A program made the position numbers and the translations under genes. From NCBI RefSeq assembly GCF_006345805.1, contig NC_043005.1, forward strand, positions 22,072,001 to 22,136,000: a stretch of 64,000 nt of DNA, written 5' to 3'. This DNA comes from Octopus sinensis (taxonomy: Eukaryota). How positions within the stretch are numbered: the first letter of the stretch is position 1; each line of letters opens with the position of its first letter. The notes beneath the pieces were generated by a model that was given only the letters and a program-made list of their open reading frames with translations, had not been told where the DNA came from and made no database searches. Shown here one piece after another: positions 1-9,914 of this stretch.

Positions 1-549
1 GTGAAGAACGTTCTGGTTGATCCACAACCAGCAGAACTGAGAAAAATATCACAGATGTGTATGCAGCAGTAGGGGAAATTGTCGAATAACCATTTGTGAG
101 TTATCAAATGCTGTGCAGATTAGTCACTGAAGATTATCATTGAAGATTTGAGTATGAGATACATGTGTACCAAGTTTGTGCCAAAACTGTTTTCAGCTGA
201 CCAAAAAGACACTTGGGTTTCAGTTGCACAAGATCTCCTTGATTATGTTGAGAATGATGAAAATTTTCTGAAACTTAGCTTATGCCACTGAGCAGGCATC
301 CCCAAGATTTTGGCAAAATTTGATGTAGATTCTCAGCTCAACTTTTTCTGTCATGGTCAATTTAATGATCACATGCTACACATGTTCTTTCAAGCACTGC
401 TGTAAACAGTGGAAGTGGGCTGGAACGTTAAAACTTAATGTACATGCACAACGGAGTTCAGGGTCAATCTGTGCCAAGTGGCTTCACTCTGCATGTTTTA
501 GCTTCGTTACTATGGCAACAGTCCTGATATTTATTGATCAGACCACGGA
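1..549 (+). mobile_element. Internally deleted mariner-like element, truncated by the window edge
   Basis: Bases 1-270 translate, with frameshifts, to a mariner HTH/linker region (..MRYMCTKFVPKLFSADQKDTWVSVAQDLLDYVENDENFLK, resembling the WVP-linker region). A TIR-like end (gatatttattgatcagaccacgga) is followed by TA at ~550. Confidence 0.6.
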
Positions 550-825
550 TACATTTGTATATTTGTGTGCATGTATGTGGACACGCATGTTACGTCAGCG
601 AATCGTATATCTGAAAAAGAAGCACTCTCTAACATTACAGCAATAATGTATTTACAAGAAGATAATTATATGGTGGTCATAGAGTGACCAATGATTTCAC
701 ATCCATAAAGCGCTTAGCCTTGTTGACGACTCGTGAGACTCTAATGGCCATGAACATATAACCACTTTTCAGACTAGAGATAGAAACCTGTTACGGTCAG
801 TTAACTTGAAAACAAAAAATATATT

Positions 826-1140
826 CCTTTCTACTCTAGGCACAAGGACCGAAATTTTGGTGGGAGGGGGCCAGTCGATTAGATCGATCCCTGTACACAA
901 CTGGTACTTAATTTATCAACCCCGAAAGGATGAAAAGCAAAGTCGACCTCGGCGGAATTTGAACTCAGAACGCAAAGACAGACAAATATTATTTTCTACT
1001 CTACGCACAAGGCCCAAAATTTGGTGGGGGGGCAAGTCGATTAGATTGACCCAGTGCATAACTGGTACTTATTTCATCGAGCCCAAAAGGATGAAAGGCA
1101 AGGTCGACCTCGGCAGAATTTGAACTCAGAACGTAGTGGC
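826..1140 (-). mobile_element. Two tandem SINE-body fragments
   Basis: 826-985 and 988-1140 are similar to each other (ctactct..gcacaagg..gaaattttgg..actggtactta..gtcgacctcggc.gaatttgaactcagaacg). The same family recurs at 49420-50720 and 55320-55500. Confidence 0.65.
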
Positions 1141-1206
1141 AGACGCTAAGCATGTCGCTTGATGTACTGTTTCTGCCAGATCGCCGTCTAAACAAAAAAT
1201 ATATTA

Positions 1207-1494
1207 GAGTAAAGATTGTTTACCAACATAACTTGGCAGTCTTGGTTTAGGACAAATGTTGCTGTAATTTAGCCCCAGGCGACATCGTCTCCAGCTGGCT
1301 ATACAACATAATCTGTGTCCTTATATTTTCGAACAAGGGAATCTAGCACCCCCACTCAGCTTGAAACATATATATTGTTCGAAAATATAAGGACACAGAT
1401 AGCCAACTGGAGACGATGTCCCCTCGGGCTAAATTACAGCAACATTCATCCTAAACCAGGACTGCCATGTTATGTTGGCAAACAATCTTTACTC
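1207..1494. repeat. Fold-back (MITE-like) element with ~120-bp inverted arms
   Basis: 1207-1333 (gagtaaagattgtttaccaacataac...gtgtccttatattttcgaaca) is the approximate reverse complement of 1376-1494 (tgttcgaaaatataaggacac...gttatgttggcaaacaatctttactc), around a ~42-bp spacer. Confidence 0.85.
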
Positions 1495-1562
1495 CAAAGT
1501 ACTGTTGCTGAATATCTCTCGTTGTGAGATTTAAAACTTGTAATTTTCTAAAAAATATATTG

Positions 1563-2630
1563 CTGAAGCTTTGAATACATGGGTTATCGCCCTTAGATTG
1601 GTCAGATCAGCATATCATTCTGGTTAAGGTTAGATACCACCACAGCCATATTATATACACCTTCAGATCGGATTAGCTTTCCACTGGACATTCATTGTAC
1701 TCCCTGCATGAGCAACCAGCTTCTGCTGGCGTTTTGGGGGTGTAAAAGAGCAAGAGGACTTACAGAATCTTAGCTTGGGAATGATGCCCGGCCAGTCCGC
1801 GCTGAAGGCTTTGAGTTCACTGATTCTGATCTGGAATCTCCTGGATGTCATCCCGGCCAATGCGAGGCTGAGGGTGTCGACCCCAACAACCATAGTAAAT
1901 TGCTCATCGGACCGATCCAAGGGTGATAACCCATCCCATTTAAGGCCAAGATATTTTTATTATTTTTTTACAAATTAACTGACTGCAACTGTTTTCTATC
2001 TCCAGTTTGAAAAGAGGTTATACGTCCGAGTCGAGGAAACTTCTGTGGATCATATATGCGAAAAAGAAGCACACTCTAACGTTAGAGTAGGCTTCTTTTT
2101 CGGATATATGATCTACCGTCGTGCCATTACACGACCCGAACACAGAGTATCTTACAAAGGCTATCACGTGGTTTGGGTTCGAGAGTCGTACTGCCGCTAC
2201 AGGCATCTACATAATCACGAAAGCCACCATATCTCGGATAATATGGAGCTTTACACGAAATACTACTAGAAAAGATGATCGACCTTATAAGACGGATGAC
2301 ATATGGAGAGCATATTTCTATGACTAAGCCACGCCGTCTTCTGAAGTCAACATGTACGTGATCAAATATAGGAGGTTCCCGCTCAGAACGACTGGGCATC
2401 ATTCCGAGGCTAAGATTCCGTAAGGCCTCTTGCTCTTTTGCAGCCCTAAAACTCCAGAAGAAGCCGGTTGTTCTTGCAGGGAATACAATGACTGCCCAGT
2501 GGGAGGCCAATCCGTGGCCAAGGGTGTCGCATATGAGGTTGTGGTGGTATCCAATCCTAACAACGAGATGAATTTGCTCATCGTACCGATCTAAGGGCGA
2601 TAACCCATCCGTTCACAGCTCAGACCATAT
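1563..2630. mobile_element. Cluster of three divergent fragments of one coding element, probably Penelope-like (RT linker into GIY-YIG start)
   Basis: The + frame at ~2121-2600 reads RIIW..RAYF..VNMYVIKYRRFP..GHHSEAKI..GCSCREYNDCPVGGQSVAKGVAYEV. Motif spacing matches the Penelope pattern IIWF..KHF..NTVKVSY..P..HNKKI..CNC....CP..G.C....VVY. An inverted copy at 1563-1800 reads GHHSQAKIL..GCSCREYNECPV and a third partial copy lies at ~1840-1937. Confidence 0.5.
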
Positions 2631-2823
2631 TACTATTTTATTTGTTTCAGTCATTTGACTGCGGCCATGCTGGAGCATCACCTTTAGTCGAGCAAATCAA
2701 CCCCGGGACTTATTCTTTGTAAACCAAGTACTTATTCTATCGGTCTCTTTTGCCGAACCGCTAAGTGACGGGGACGTAAACACACCAGCATCGGTTGTCA
2801 CGCAAGGCTAGGGGGACAAACAA

Positions 2824-2854
<31 letters not shown>

Positions 2855-3017
2855 CGACAAGCTTCTTTCAGTTTCCGTCTACCAAATCCACTCACAAGGC
2901 ATTGGTCGGCCCAGGCTAGTAGCAGAAGACACTTGCCCAAGATGCCACGCAGTGGGACTGAACCCGGAACCATGTGGTTGGTTAGCAAGCTACTTACCAC
3001 ACAGCCACTCCTGCGCC
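2628..3017 (-). mobile_element. tRNA-derived SINE interrupted by a (CA)n(TA)n microsatellite
   Basis: The minus strand starts with a tRNA-like head (aggcgcaggagtggctgtgtggtaagtagc...ggttccgggttcagtccc, A- and B-box-like). The body and tail are shared with other copies in the window. Confidence 0.8.
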
Positions 3018-3084
3018 TATATATATATATTTTTTTTTTGTAAATTATCTGACCATATTTATGGCTTTTTATCTCTAGTTGAAT

Positions 3085-3250
3085 TGTGCTTATGTACCAC
3101 TGGCACAGGTGCCAGTCAGGCAGGGCTGGCATTGGCCACAACGACAATTTCAATTGACTCAACAGGTCTTCTCAAGCACAGCATATCTCCAAAGGTCTCA
3201 GTCGTTTGTCATTGCCTCTGTGAGGCCCAACATGATTATATATCCACGAT
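3085..3250 (-). mobile_element. RTE LINE 3' fragment
   Basis: The reverse complement matches the RT C-terminus/3'UTR junction seen at 10220-10300 and 47225-47310 (ttgggcctcacagaggcaatgac..ctttggagatat..gagaagacc). Confidence 0.7.
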
Positions 3251-3331
3251 CATTGATATCTGACGAGTCATCAATAAAGCGAAGCGCTTTATATTGGTTA
3301 TTCTATGACCACCATATAATTAACTTCAAGT

Positions 3332-3401
3332 AAATATATATATGCATGTATATATGTGTGTGTGTGTGTTTGAATATATATATATATATATTCACACACA
3401 T

Positions 3402-3443
<42 letters not shown>
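3332..3443. repeat. Compound (TA)n/(TG)n/(CA)n microsatellite
   Basis: Direct reading of the sequence. Confidence 0.95.
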
Positions 3444-3447
<4 letters not shown>

Positions 3448-3620
3448 AGAATAAACGAAAAAAACAAAAGACGAAGACAGGTGGTGTAGAAAACAAACAG
3501 ATGTATTAGTATCACGTATCACGCTCGGAAATTGAAAAAGTCTTACGTTTCGAGCCTACACTCTTCCACAGAACAAAACAAGGTGAGAAAAAAAATGTGT
3601 ATAGTGGCTACCAATCTATC
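3444..3620 (-). mobile_element. Short non-autonomous Penelope-type element with a degenerate minimal hammerhead motif
   Basis: The minus strand at 3571-3544 reads CTGTGGA-A-GAGT-GTAG-GCTC-GAAA-C-GTA. This is a variant core, a 4-bp stem II, GAAA and a palindromic ACGT stem III. It is flanked by (TA)n on both sides. Confidence 0.5.
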
Positions 3621-3652
<32 letters not shown>

Positions 3653-3699
3653 GTATATTACATTTTGGTGGCTGATAGGAGAGAGAGGTTGAGTGAAGA

Positions 3700-3982
3700 A
3701 ACGCTTAAACGTCCGCTTTCCCTGCTGGCATGTGTTGGATGGTTTGATTGAAGACTGGCAAGCCAGGAAGCTACACCAAGCTCCAATCTGATCTGGCATG
3801 GTTTCAACAGCTGGATGTCCTTCCTAATGTCAACCACTCCGAGAGTGAGGGTACTGGCACTGACCATGCTCAAGTGGTGCTTTTTACATGTCACCGGCAT
3901 GTGAGCAAGTCAGGCGGCCCTAGCTTCAACCATGCTCGAATGGTGTTTATGTACCACTGGCACAGGTACTAGGAAGGCAGCG
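3700..3982 (-). mobile_element. RTE LINE 3'UTR fragment
   Basis: Contains acagctggatg(t)ccttcctaatg(t)caaccactccgagagtg, shared with 18109-18300, 29265-29430, 40451-40620 and 43245-43410. Confidence 0.75.
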
Positions 3983-4520
3983 TTGGGGAAAATTTTCAAA
4001 AAATTTTTCAAATATTTTTCCTGAAAATTTTCCAAAAATTTTTCACAAATTTTGGGGGAAAATTTTCAAAAATTTTTGAGGAAAATCTTCAAAAAATTTT
4101 TCAAAAACTTTGGTTGAAATTTTCAAAAACTTTTTCAGATATTTGGGGAAAATTTTCAAATAATTTTTCTAAAATTTGGGGGAAAATTTTCAAGGAAGTT
4201 TTCAAATATTTTGGGGAAAAATTTTCAAAAATTTTTGATGGAAAATTTTCAAAAAATTTTTCTAAAATTTTGGGGAAAATTTTCAAAAATTTTTCAGGAA
4301 ATTTTTTCAAATAATTTTTCGAAAATTTTGGGGAAAATTTTCAAGGAAGTTTTCAAAAATTTGGGGGGGAAATTTTCAAAAACTTTTTCAGATATTTGGG
4401 TAAAATTTTCAAATAATTTTTCTAAAATTTGGGGGAAAATTTTCAAGGAAGTTTTCAAATATTTTGGGGAAAAATTTTTGAAAATTTTCCCCAAAATTTT
4501 AGAAAAATTTTTTGAAATTT
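3983..4520. repeat. A/T-tract tandem satellite (~11-bp subunit, ~33-bp unit, ~253-bp higher-order repeat)
   Basis: Repeating GGGGAAAATTTTCAAA..TTTTT units, with G-runs at 4145, 4178 and 4213. The block at 4121 recurs at 4374. The last ~45 bp are inverted. Confidence 0.9.
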
Positions 4521-4559
4521 GCATGGTTTCCCAATCCCTTGTTATAAAAGTTCTCAGAA

Positions 4560-5200
4560 TCTATCCAGCCACTCACCTGCACATTGCCACCATCACAGTG
4601 TTACATACACAAAATGATGCATCATTGCTCATATCAATCCTCAGGTCCCACACTATGTTTGACTCTGGGATTGCTACTCCCACTTGGTCCAAAGTATTTC
4701 TGTTGTGACATAATAGCATAAGCTTGTTGAAGGTAGAGAGCTTTGAATTTTCATCCATTAAATTGAATGTTTTCTTCAGCCCATTTGTATATGACATCTA
4801 GACCTTTCTGTGGGAAATTAGTATTGAGAGGATTTTTGACTGCTTGTGCTACTTTTGTTTCATTGACACAAGTCTTTGTAACTTTTGTCATATCATCCCA
4901 TGGTCATTTTTATCAAAGGCCTTTTCAAAATTGAGAAATATCACACCCACATTTGAGCATTTTATAAGTTGTTTCAACACCTAGTCATAATGCTGCAGAA
5001 GCTGTGTGAGGCAGCTTCTTCCTGAGCAGAAGCCATACTGGGTAGTAGGAAGTCATTATCTTCCAGGAACAAGATCAGCTTTCTTCAGACAATTTGTTCC
5101 ATGACTTTGCTAACATGTGAGGTTATAGAGACAGATCTATAATTTTAAGCATCTGCTCTGATTCCTCCTTTATAGATAAGACATATGCTCTCCTTTAACT
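4560..5200 (-). mobile_element. CR1/L2-type LINE RT remnant
   Basis: The minus strand gives YRSVSITSHVSKVMEQIV..LILFLEDNDFL and NVGVIFLNFEKAFDK, which are degenerate RT domains 1-2. Many stops and frameshifts. Confidence 0.7.
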
Positions 5201-6100
5201 TTCTGGGAAGTCTATCACTTGCAGCGAAGGACACAAAGTGCTTTGCCTGTAACAACAAGGCAGAGCTGGTGATCAAGATCAAATAGCTGTGCAAAGATCT
5301 TCTCAGGGACACAGTGAAGAATGAATGTGTCAGGTTCTGGAGTTGTCTTATGGTTGTGGGGAAACATTACTTTACTTGGAAACAGATAAGGATTGATGAC
5401 AGAAAGGGTATCCAACCATGGAAAAGTGAACATTAAAATGAAATGATGAAAGTGATGTATATCAAATTATTATCAGTGAGCTATCAGAATCGTTAGTTCA
5501 TCAGACAAGAATGCTTAGTAGCCTTTGTGGATGCAAAACCATTGGTCATTCTATGACCAGACATTAACTTTATTACTTCAATAAATATGTATATAACATA
5601 CACACACAACTGGCATGATGTCACAAAAGTTAGCTGTAGTGAATACAGGCTATTTATTGCAATAGAGACACTATACACAACGAACATAATAGTTGACAGA
5701 GCTGGATGCAAACCGCAACAGACATACAGAAAGCTATGAATTACCAACTAAGGTCGAGAAACTATTTATCTCACCATTTTATATGAAATGTCAAGACGTG
5801 TTGAAATAAATTTTTCTCCAATAAACAATCAGCGTGAACAAAGCAACAACGACGCAACCAACATTAAGATATTTTACATGTATATAATCCAGATTTGTTT
5901 ACTAAATTTAAGTTCGTTTGCTGTGAGGGTTGGCAAAATTTGTTTTTTTTTTTTTTTTGTTGTAACACTTCTGATTCTAATATTGGAATAAAGGCTGACT
6001 TAAGTGAACATATTATTTAGTAATGACAAGAAATGTTTCAGGAAATAATACTGAACGAGAGGTTTGTGGTTTGAAGGCACGTCAATAAAATTGTTCTTAC

Positions 6101-6480
6101 CTCGACTTGTAATCCTGTGCCGCCGTCAGACTGATTAATTTTTCACCAGCGTTGCCATGACCTCTGTCTCTTTACGACTGGCGTCTGTTACTAGCGTCCC
6201 CAAGAAAAACCAAACGCAGGGGAAAACTTTTCTTCTCACTTGCTGACGTGACGTCATCTCTCGTCGCTTCCAGTCTTGCTTCCACCATACGCCACCACCA
6301 CCCCTGATCTAAAGATCACTGCTCCTCTGTTCTGTCTCGTAATTATTCATCCACCTGGGGGGACGACGTTCCCTTAGAGAAATCCGTAGGGTATCGGGGC
6401 CGCCTTCATCTCTCGTCGCATCTAGTCTTCCTTCTACCGTAAGGTTTACCAATGATGTTGGCACAGACCTACACCAGTTC
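6101..6480 (-). promoter_or_regulatory. CpG-rich promoter and probable non-coding first exon of a minus-strand transcript running leftwards
   Basis: CpG excess in otherwise CpG-poor DNA. A canonical CRE TGACGTCA lies at 6249-6256, overlapped by TGACGTG, and an RFX half-site GTTGCCATG at 6151-6159. A minus-strand donor GAG|GTAAG lies at 6101/6100. No ATG-initiated frame reaches the donor. Confidence 0.5.
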
Positions 6481-7443
6481 CTTGAATTTTGCGTTTTTAC
6501 CTTTTGTAATGCAAATTATTTAATGAAAGTTTAAATGCGAGAGTATTTCAAAGGTACGTAACCGATCACGAGAAGCATTCGACTACTAAAAATTTGAGTT
6601 ATTCCCCTTAGACTGCAATCGTTAGAAGCAAATTAGTCACATGAATTTGGTCAATGGAGGATAAAGACAGCTTTAGGTGACTTGATAGAAATAGCTTCCA
6701 CAATCTCCTTCACACCATACATTATTATTTGAAAAAAAAAGAAAGGAGATACGGAATAACATAGTTTTAGTTACACTGTGCCTATTATCATAAATTCACT
6801 TAGGGCTAAACAACATAAATATAATATAAAACCATTCTTAACAATACACAAGTAAATTATAGTTGAAACACATGCACCAAATATACAATAAGAAGGCACC
6901 ATAATTCCATTAGTACGTATAAAGGAATTAGTGAAAATAAACACAAAACGGAAGTCATGCCAATTAAGGTAAAACTGCAAATGGCAACTAACACACGCTC
7001 AACCATCTAAAATAAAAAGAGAAGAACGCACAACAGATAACGCACTTCTAGTTATACCTCCCAATTTAGGATGGTTATGACTAAAAATCTAGTGATCATA
7101 AATTTTCTTGTTCAAGGATGATGCAGTGCTAAAAAGCAATCATTAAAAGATTAGAACTTCATTTGCTATCACAGAAAGATGCACTTGATGTCATAGGAAG
7201 AAATTTCTCCTGATAAACCAGAAGAATTCTACTGAGTGACAGATATCTTGCTGATATCGCATGACAGGTCAATCACTTATCAACCATTTCTATTACCATT
7301 CCTAAGTCTACTTAATATCCACTGAGAATCCTTCATATGTATATGGATATATTTGTGAAACTGTTATAGGAATTTAAATTTATAATTAGTTACATAGATA
7401 TGCACACCCACACACATACATATATATATACACACACACACAC

Positions 7444-9878
7444 ATGATTGCATTACAGAATTAATTCTCATCCATCCTTAACCTCTGATTAAACACCACC
7501 CGGGCATATAATCATTACAGATGTTTTATATTCATACTATTTAGCTTTCTTCAGTTTGGATAGAGAGCAACTGTGATAAAAAAAAAAACATGTCCACACT
7601 GAATAATGTGACTACCCTACAAGCATTTTTGGGGTTAGTAAATTACAGTCAAATTTATATTCCCAATATACATAATGTAAGGGCTCTGATAAATGATTTG
7701 TTAAAGAAAAATGCAAAATGGTGCTGGGTTGATAAATACCAGAAGGCATTTGACAAATTAAACACATTTTAATATTGAACTTATTGTTAACGCATTTTGA
7801 TCCAAAATTGGATATTATATAGGCTACAGATGCAAGTGATTATAATGTAGGAGCAGTGCTCCTGCACAAATATAATGATGGCAGTAAAAAGGCTATAGCC
7901 CATGCATCATCATGATTGTTATTACCTGCAGAAAGGAACTATAGCCTAATAGAAAAAGAAGCATTAATAATCATATTCAGTGTAAAGAAATTCCATAGAT
8001 TTATTCATGGAAGAAGTTTCTGTCTACAAACAGACCATTACCCACTACTGTCAATGTATTCCTGTTCTAAAACAGGAATACCAACACACACAGTGAATAG
8101 ACTACAGTGATGGGGCTCTACATTATTGAATTATGATTACAGAATGAAATATTTACCATCAAAAAAATTAGGGCATGCAGATGGCTTGTCCAGACTGATA
8201 CCAGAACACTGTGAGCCATTCAAAGATACAGTAATCAAAGCATTAAATAAAAAGAGAAATAAAAAATGTAATGTGGAATGTGGTACATGAATTACCAATG
8301 GCCCTAGAAGACTTAAAATGAAATGCGGAAAAGGACAAATTCATTACAGAAATGAAAAGAATATTGTGGACAAGAAAAGTAAATAGGAACAGGATTGGTG
8401 TGAAATGAAACCGAGAACCTATGCTCAATTTGTGATGGCGTACTGATGTAAGCACAGAGAGTAGTGATACCTGAAACATTGCAAAATAAAATGTTGAAGA
8501 AATTTCATATTGGATATCCTGGTAGTTCAAGGATGAAAGCTTTAATGCATAGCTACATGTACTGGCAAAAATGAACAGGCAGAGAAAGGCAGTAGAGGAT
8601 GTGCTCTAGCAGCAAAATTACTGATGTTCCATGGTTGAGATTACACATTGATTTCACTGGTCCCTTAAATGGTTCATACTTAGTGGTAGTAGATAGATTC
8701 TCTAAATGGCCAGAAATTTGTAAGTGCAAAAAGCCAATCTCCTCAAATACGACAAACTTTCTACATGAGCTGTTTGTGAGATTTGGCATCCCAGATACAA
8801 TAATGTCTGATAATGGAATACAATTAGTGTCTTTTGAGTTTAAAAAGTTTTGGAAAACATTTGCAGTATAACATGTAACTACTGCACCATACCAACCCAG
8901 ATCTAATGGACAAGCAGAGACCCCCTAAAATAGTCAAATAAGGAAGTTACAGATAAGGTAGCTCTACAACAATTCCTAAGAGTTTACCAGGTGGCACCAA
9001 ATCCAAATACATCAGCAGGTATGTCACCAGCTATGCTGATGTTTGCAAGGAAAATAAAATCTATCTTCAACAAATTACTACCTGGTAAGAAAAGAAAAAT
9101 TGCAAGATATTTCAAAATTGGTGAAAATGTATTTGTTAGGACATAAGAATGGAAAACAGAATTGGGAAGATGGCATGATTACCAAAAGCAAAGGAAAAAT
9201 GCTATACTTGGTAAAAGGAAGAAAAGGGGTATACAAGAGACACATGAATGAACTAAAAAAAAGATTCGTTGAGAGTAAACCCAAGAGAATGGAAGAACCA
9301 ATGGAATGGTTACCAACACCACTACAAATAATTCAACACAAATGAAAGAAAAGATAATGTACGGAGTTCCTGGAAGTGGATGCCGAATGAAAAAATATTA
9401 AATTTGTAACTGTATGAAAAAAGAAACTCAAAAAAGGGAGGTGGGGTGATGTAAAAATTATTGCTAATAAAAAGAAATAAAATTACACTCCCTAAGAAAA
9501 AAACTTATGAGGGGAGATGCTATGGGGATAATAATGGAATACCCCTCTACACCAAGTGGTATGTGATACTCATTACAAATACTGTAATCTAGGAAATCAA
9601 ACAGTTGAGAAGTTGGCTAAGTTGGTTATAGATAGTCGTGTCTTTATTTGTTTATCTAACTTTACTGTTATACTGGAGTGGATGTTACAACATTACCAGG
9701 TGGCACCAAATCCGACATTGGATTACAACACCAACAGTTGGAATTTAACTTGAGACGGGAACAATAGAATGATTGCATTACAAGATTAATTCTCATCCAT
9801 CCTTTACCTCTGATCAAGCACTACCAGGGCATATAATCATTATAGACATATCATAGTCATGCTATTTAGCCCTCCACA
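7444..9878 (+). mobile_element. Ty3/Gypsy LTR retrotransposon remnant (RT C-terminus, RNase H, integrase) between LTR-like direct repeats
   Basis: Motifs: LQAFLGLVNY; [44 protein letters not shown]; PWLRLHIDFTGP..VVVDRFSKWPE; IPDTIMSDNG. Direct repeats 7444-7545 and 9769-9870. Polypurine tract near 9505-9518. Many stops. Confidence 0.9.
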
Positions 9879-9914
9879 GGAGCTAGGTTAAAAATCCACA
9901 TGGAGTGCAGCTTT

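Noticed and set aside
2940-3017. tRNA-like sequences (also at ~14465, ~33720, ~54500 and ~57210)
   Set aside because: These are SINE heads followed by the SINE body, with no complete cloverleaf.
4101-4708. Stop-free ORFs on both strands encoding amphipathic K/F/I/E repeats, superficially like antimicrobial peptides
   Set aside because: They are a by-product of the 33-bp A/T-tract satellite and lack credible starts or splice context.
6135-6158. ATG GCA ACG CTG (MATL), resembling the huntingtin N-terminus
   Set aside because: The frame stops after 7 codons and no similarity continues. At most it is a uORF.
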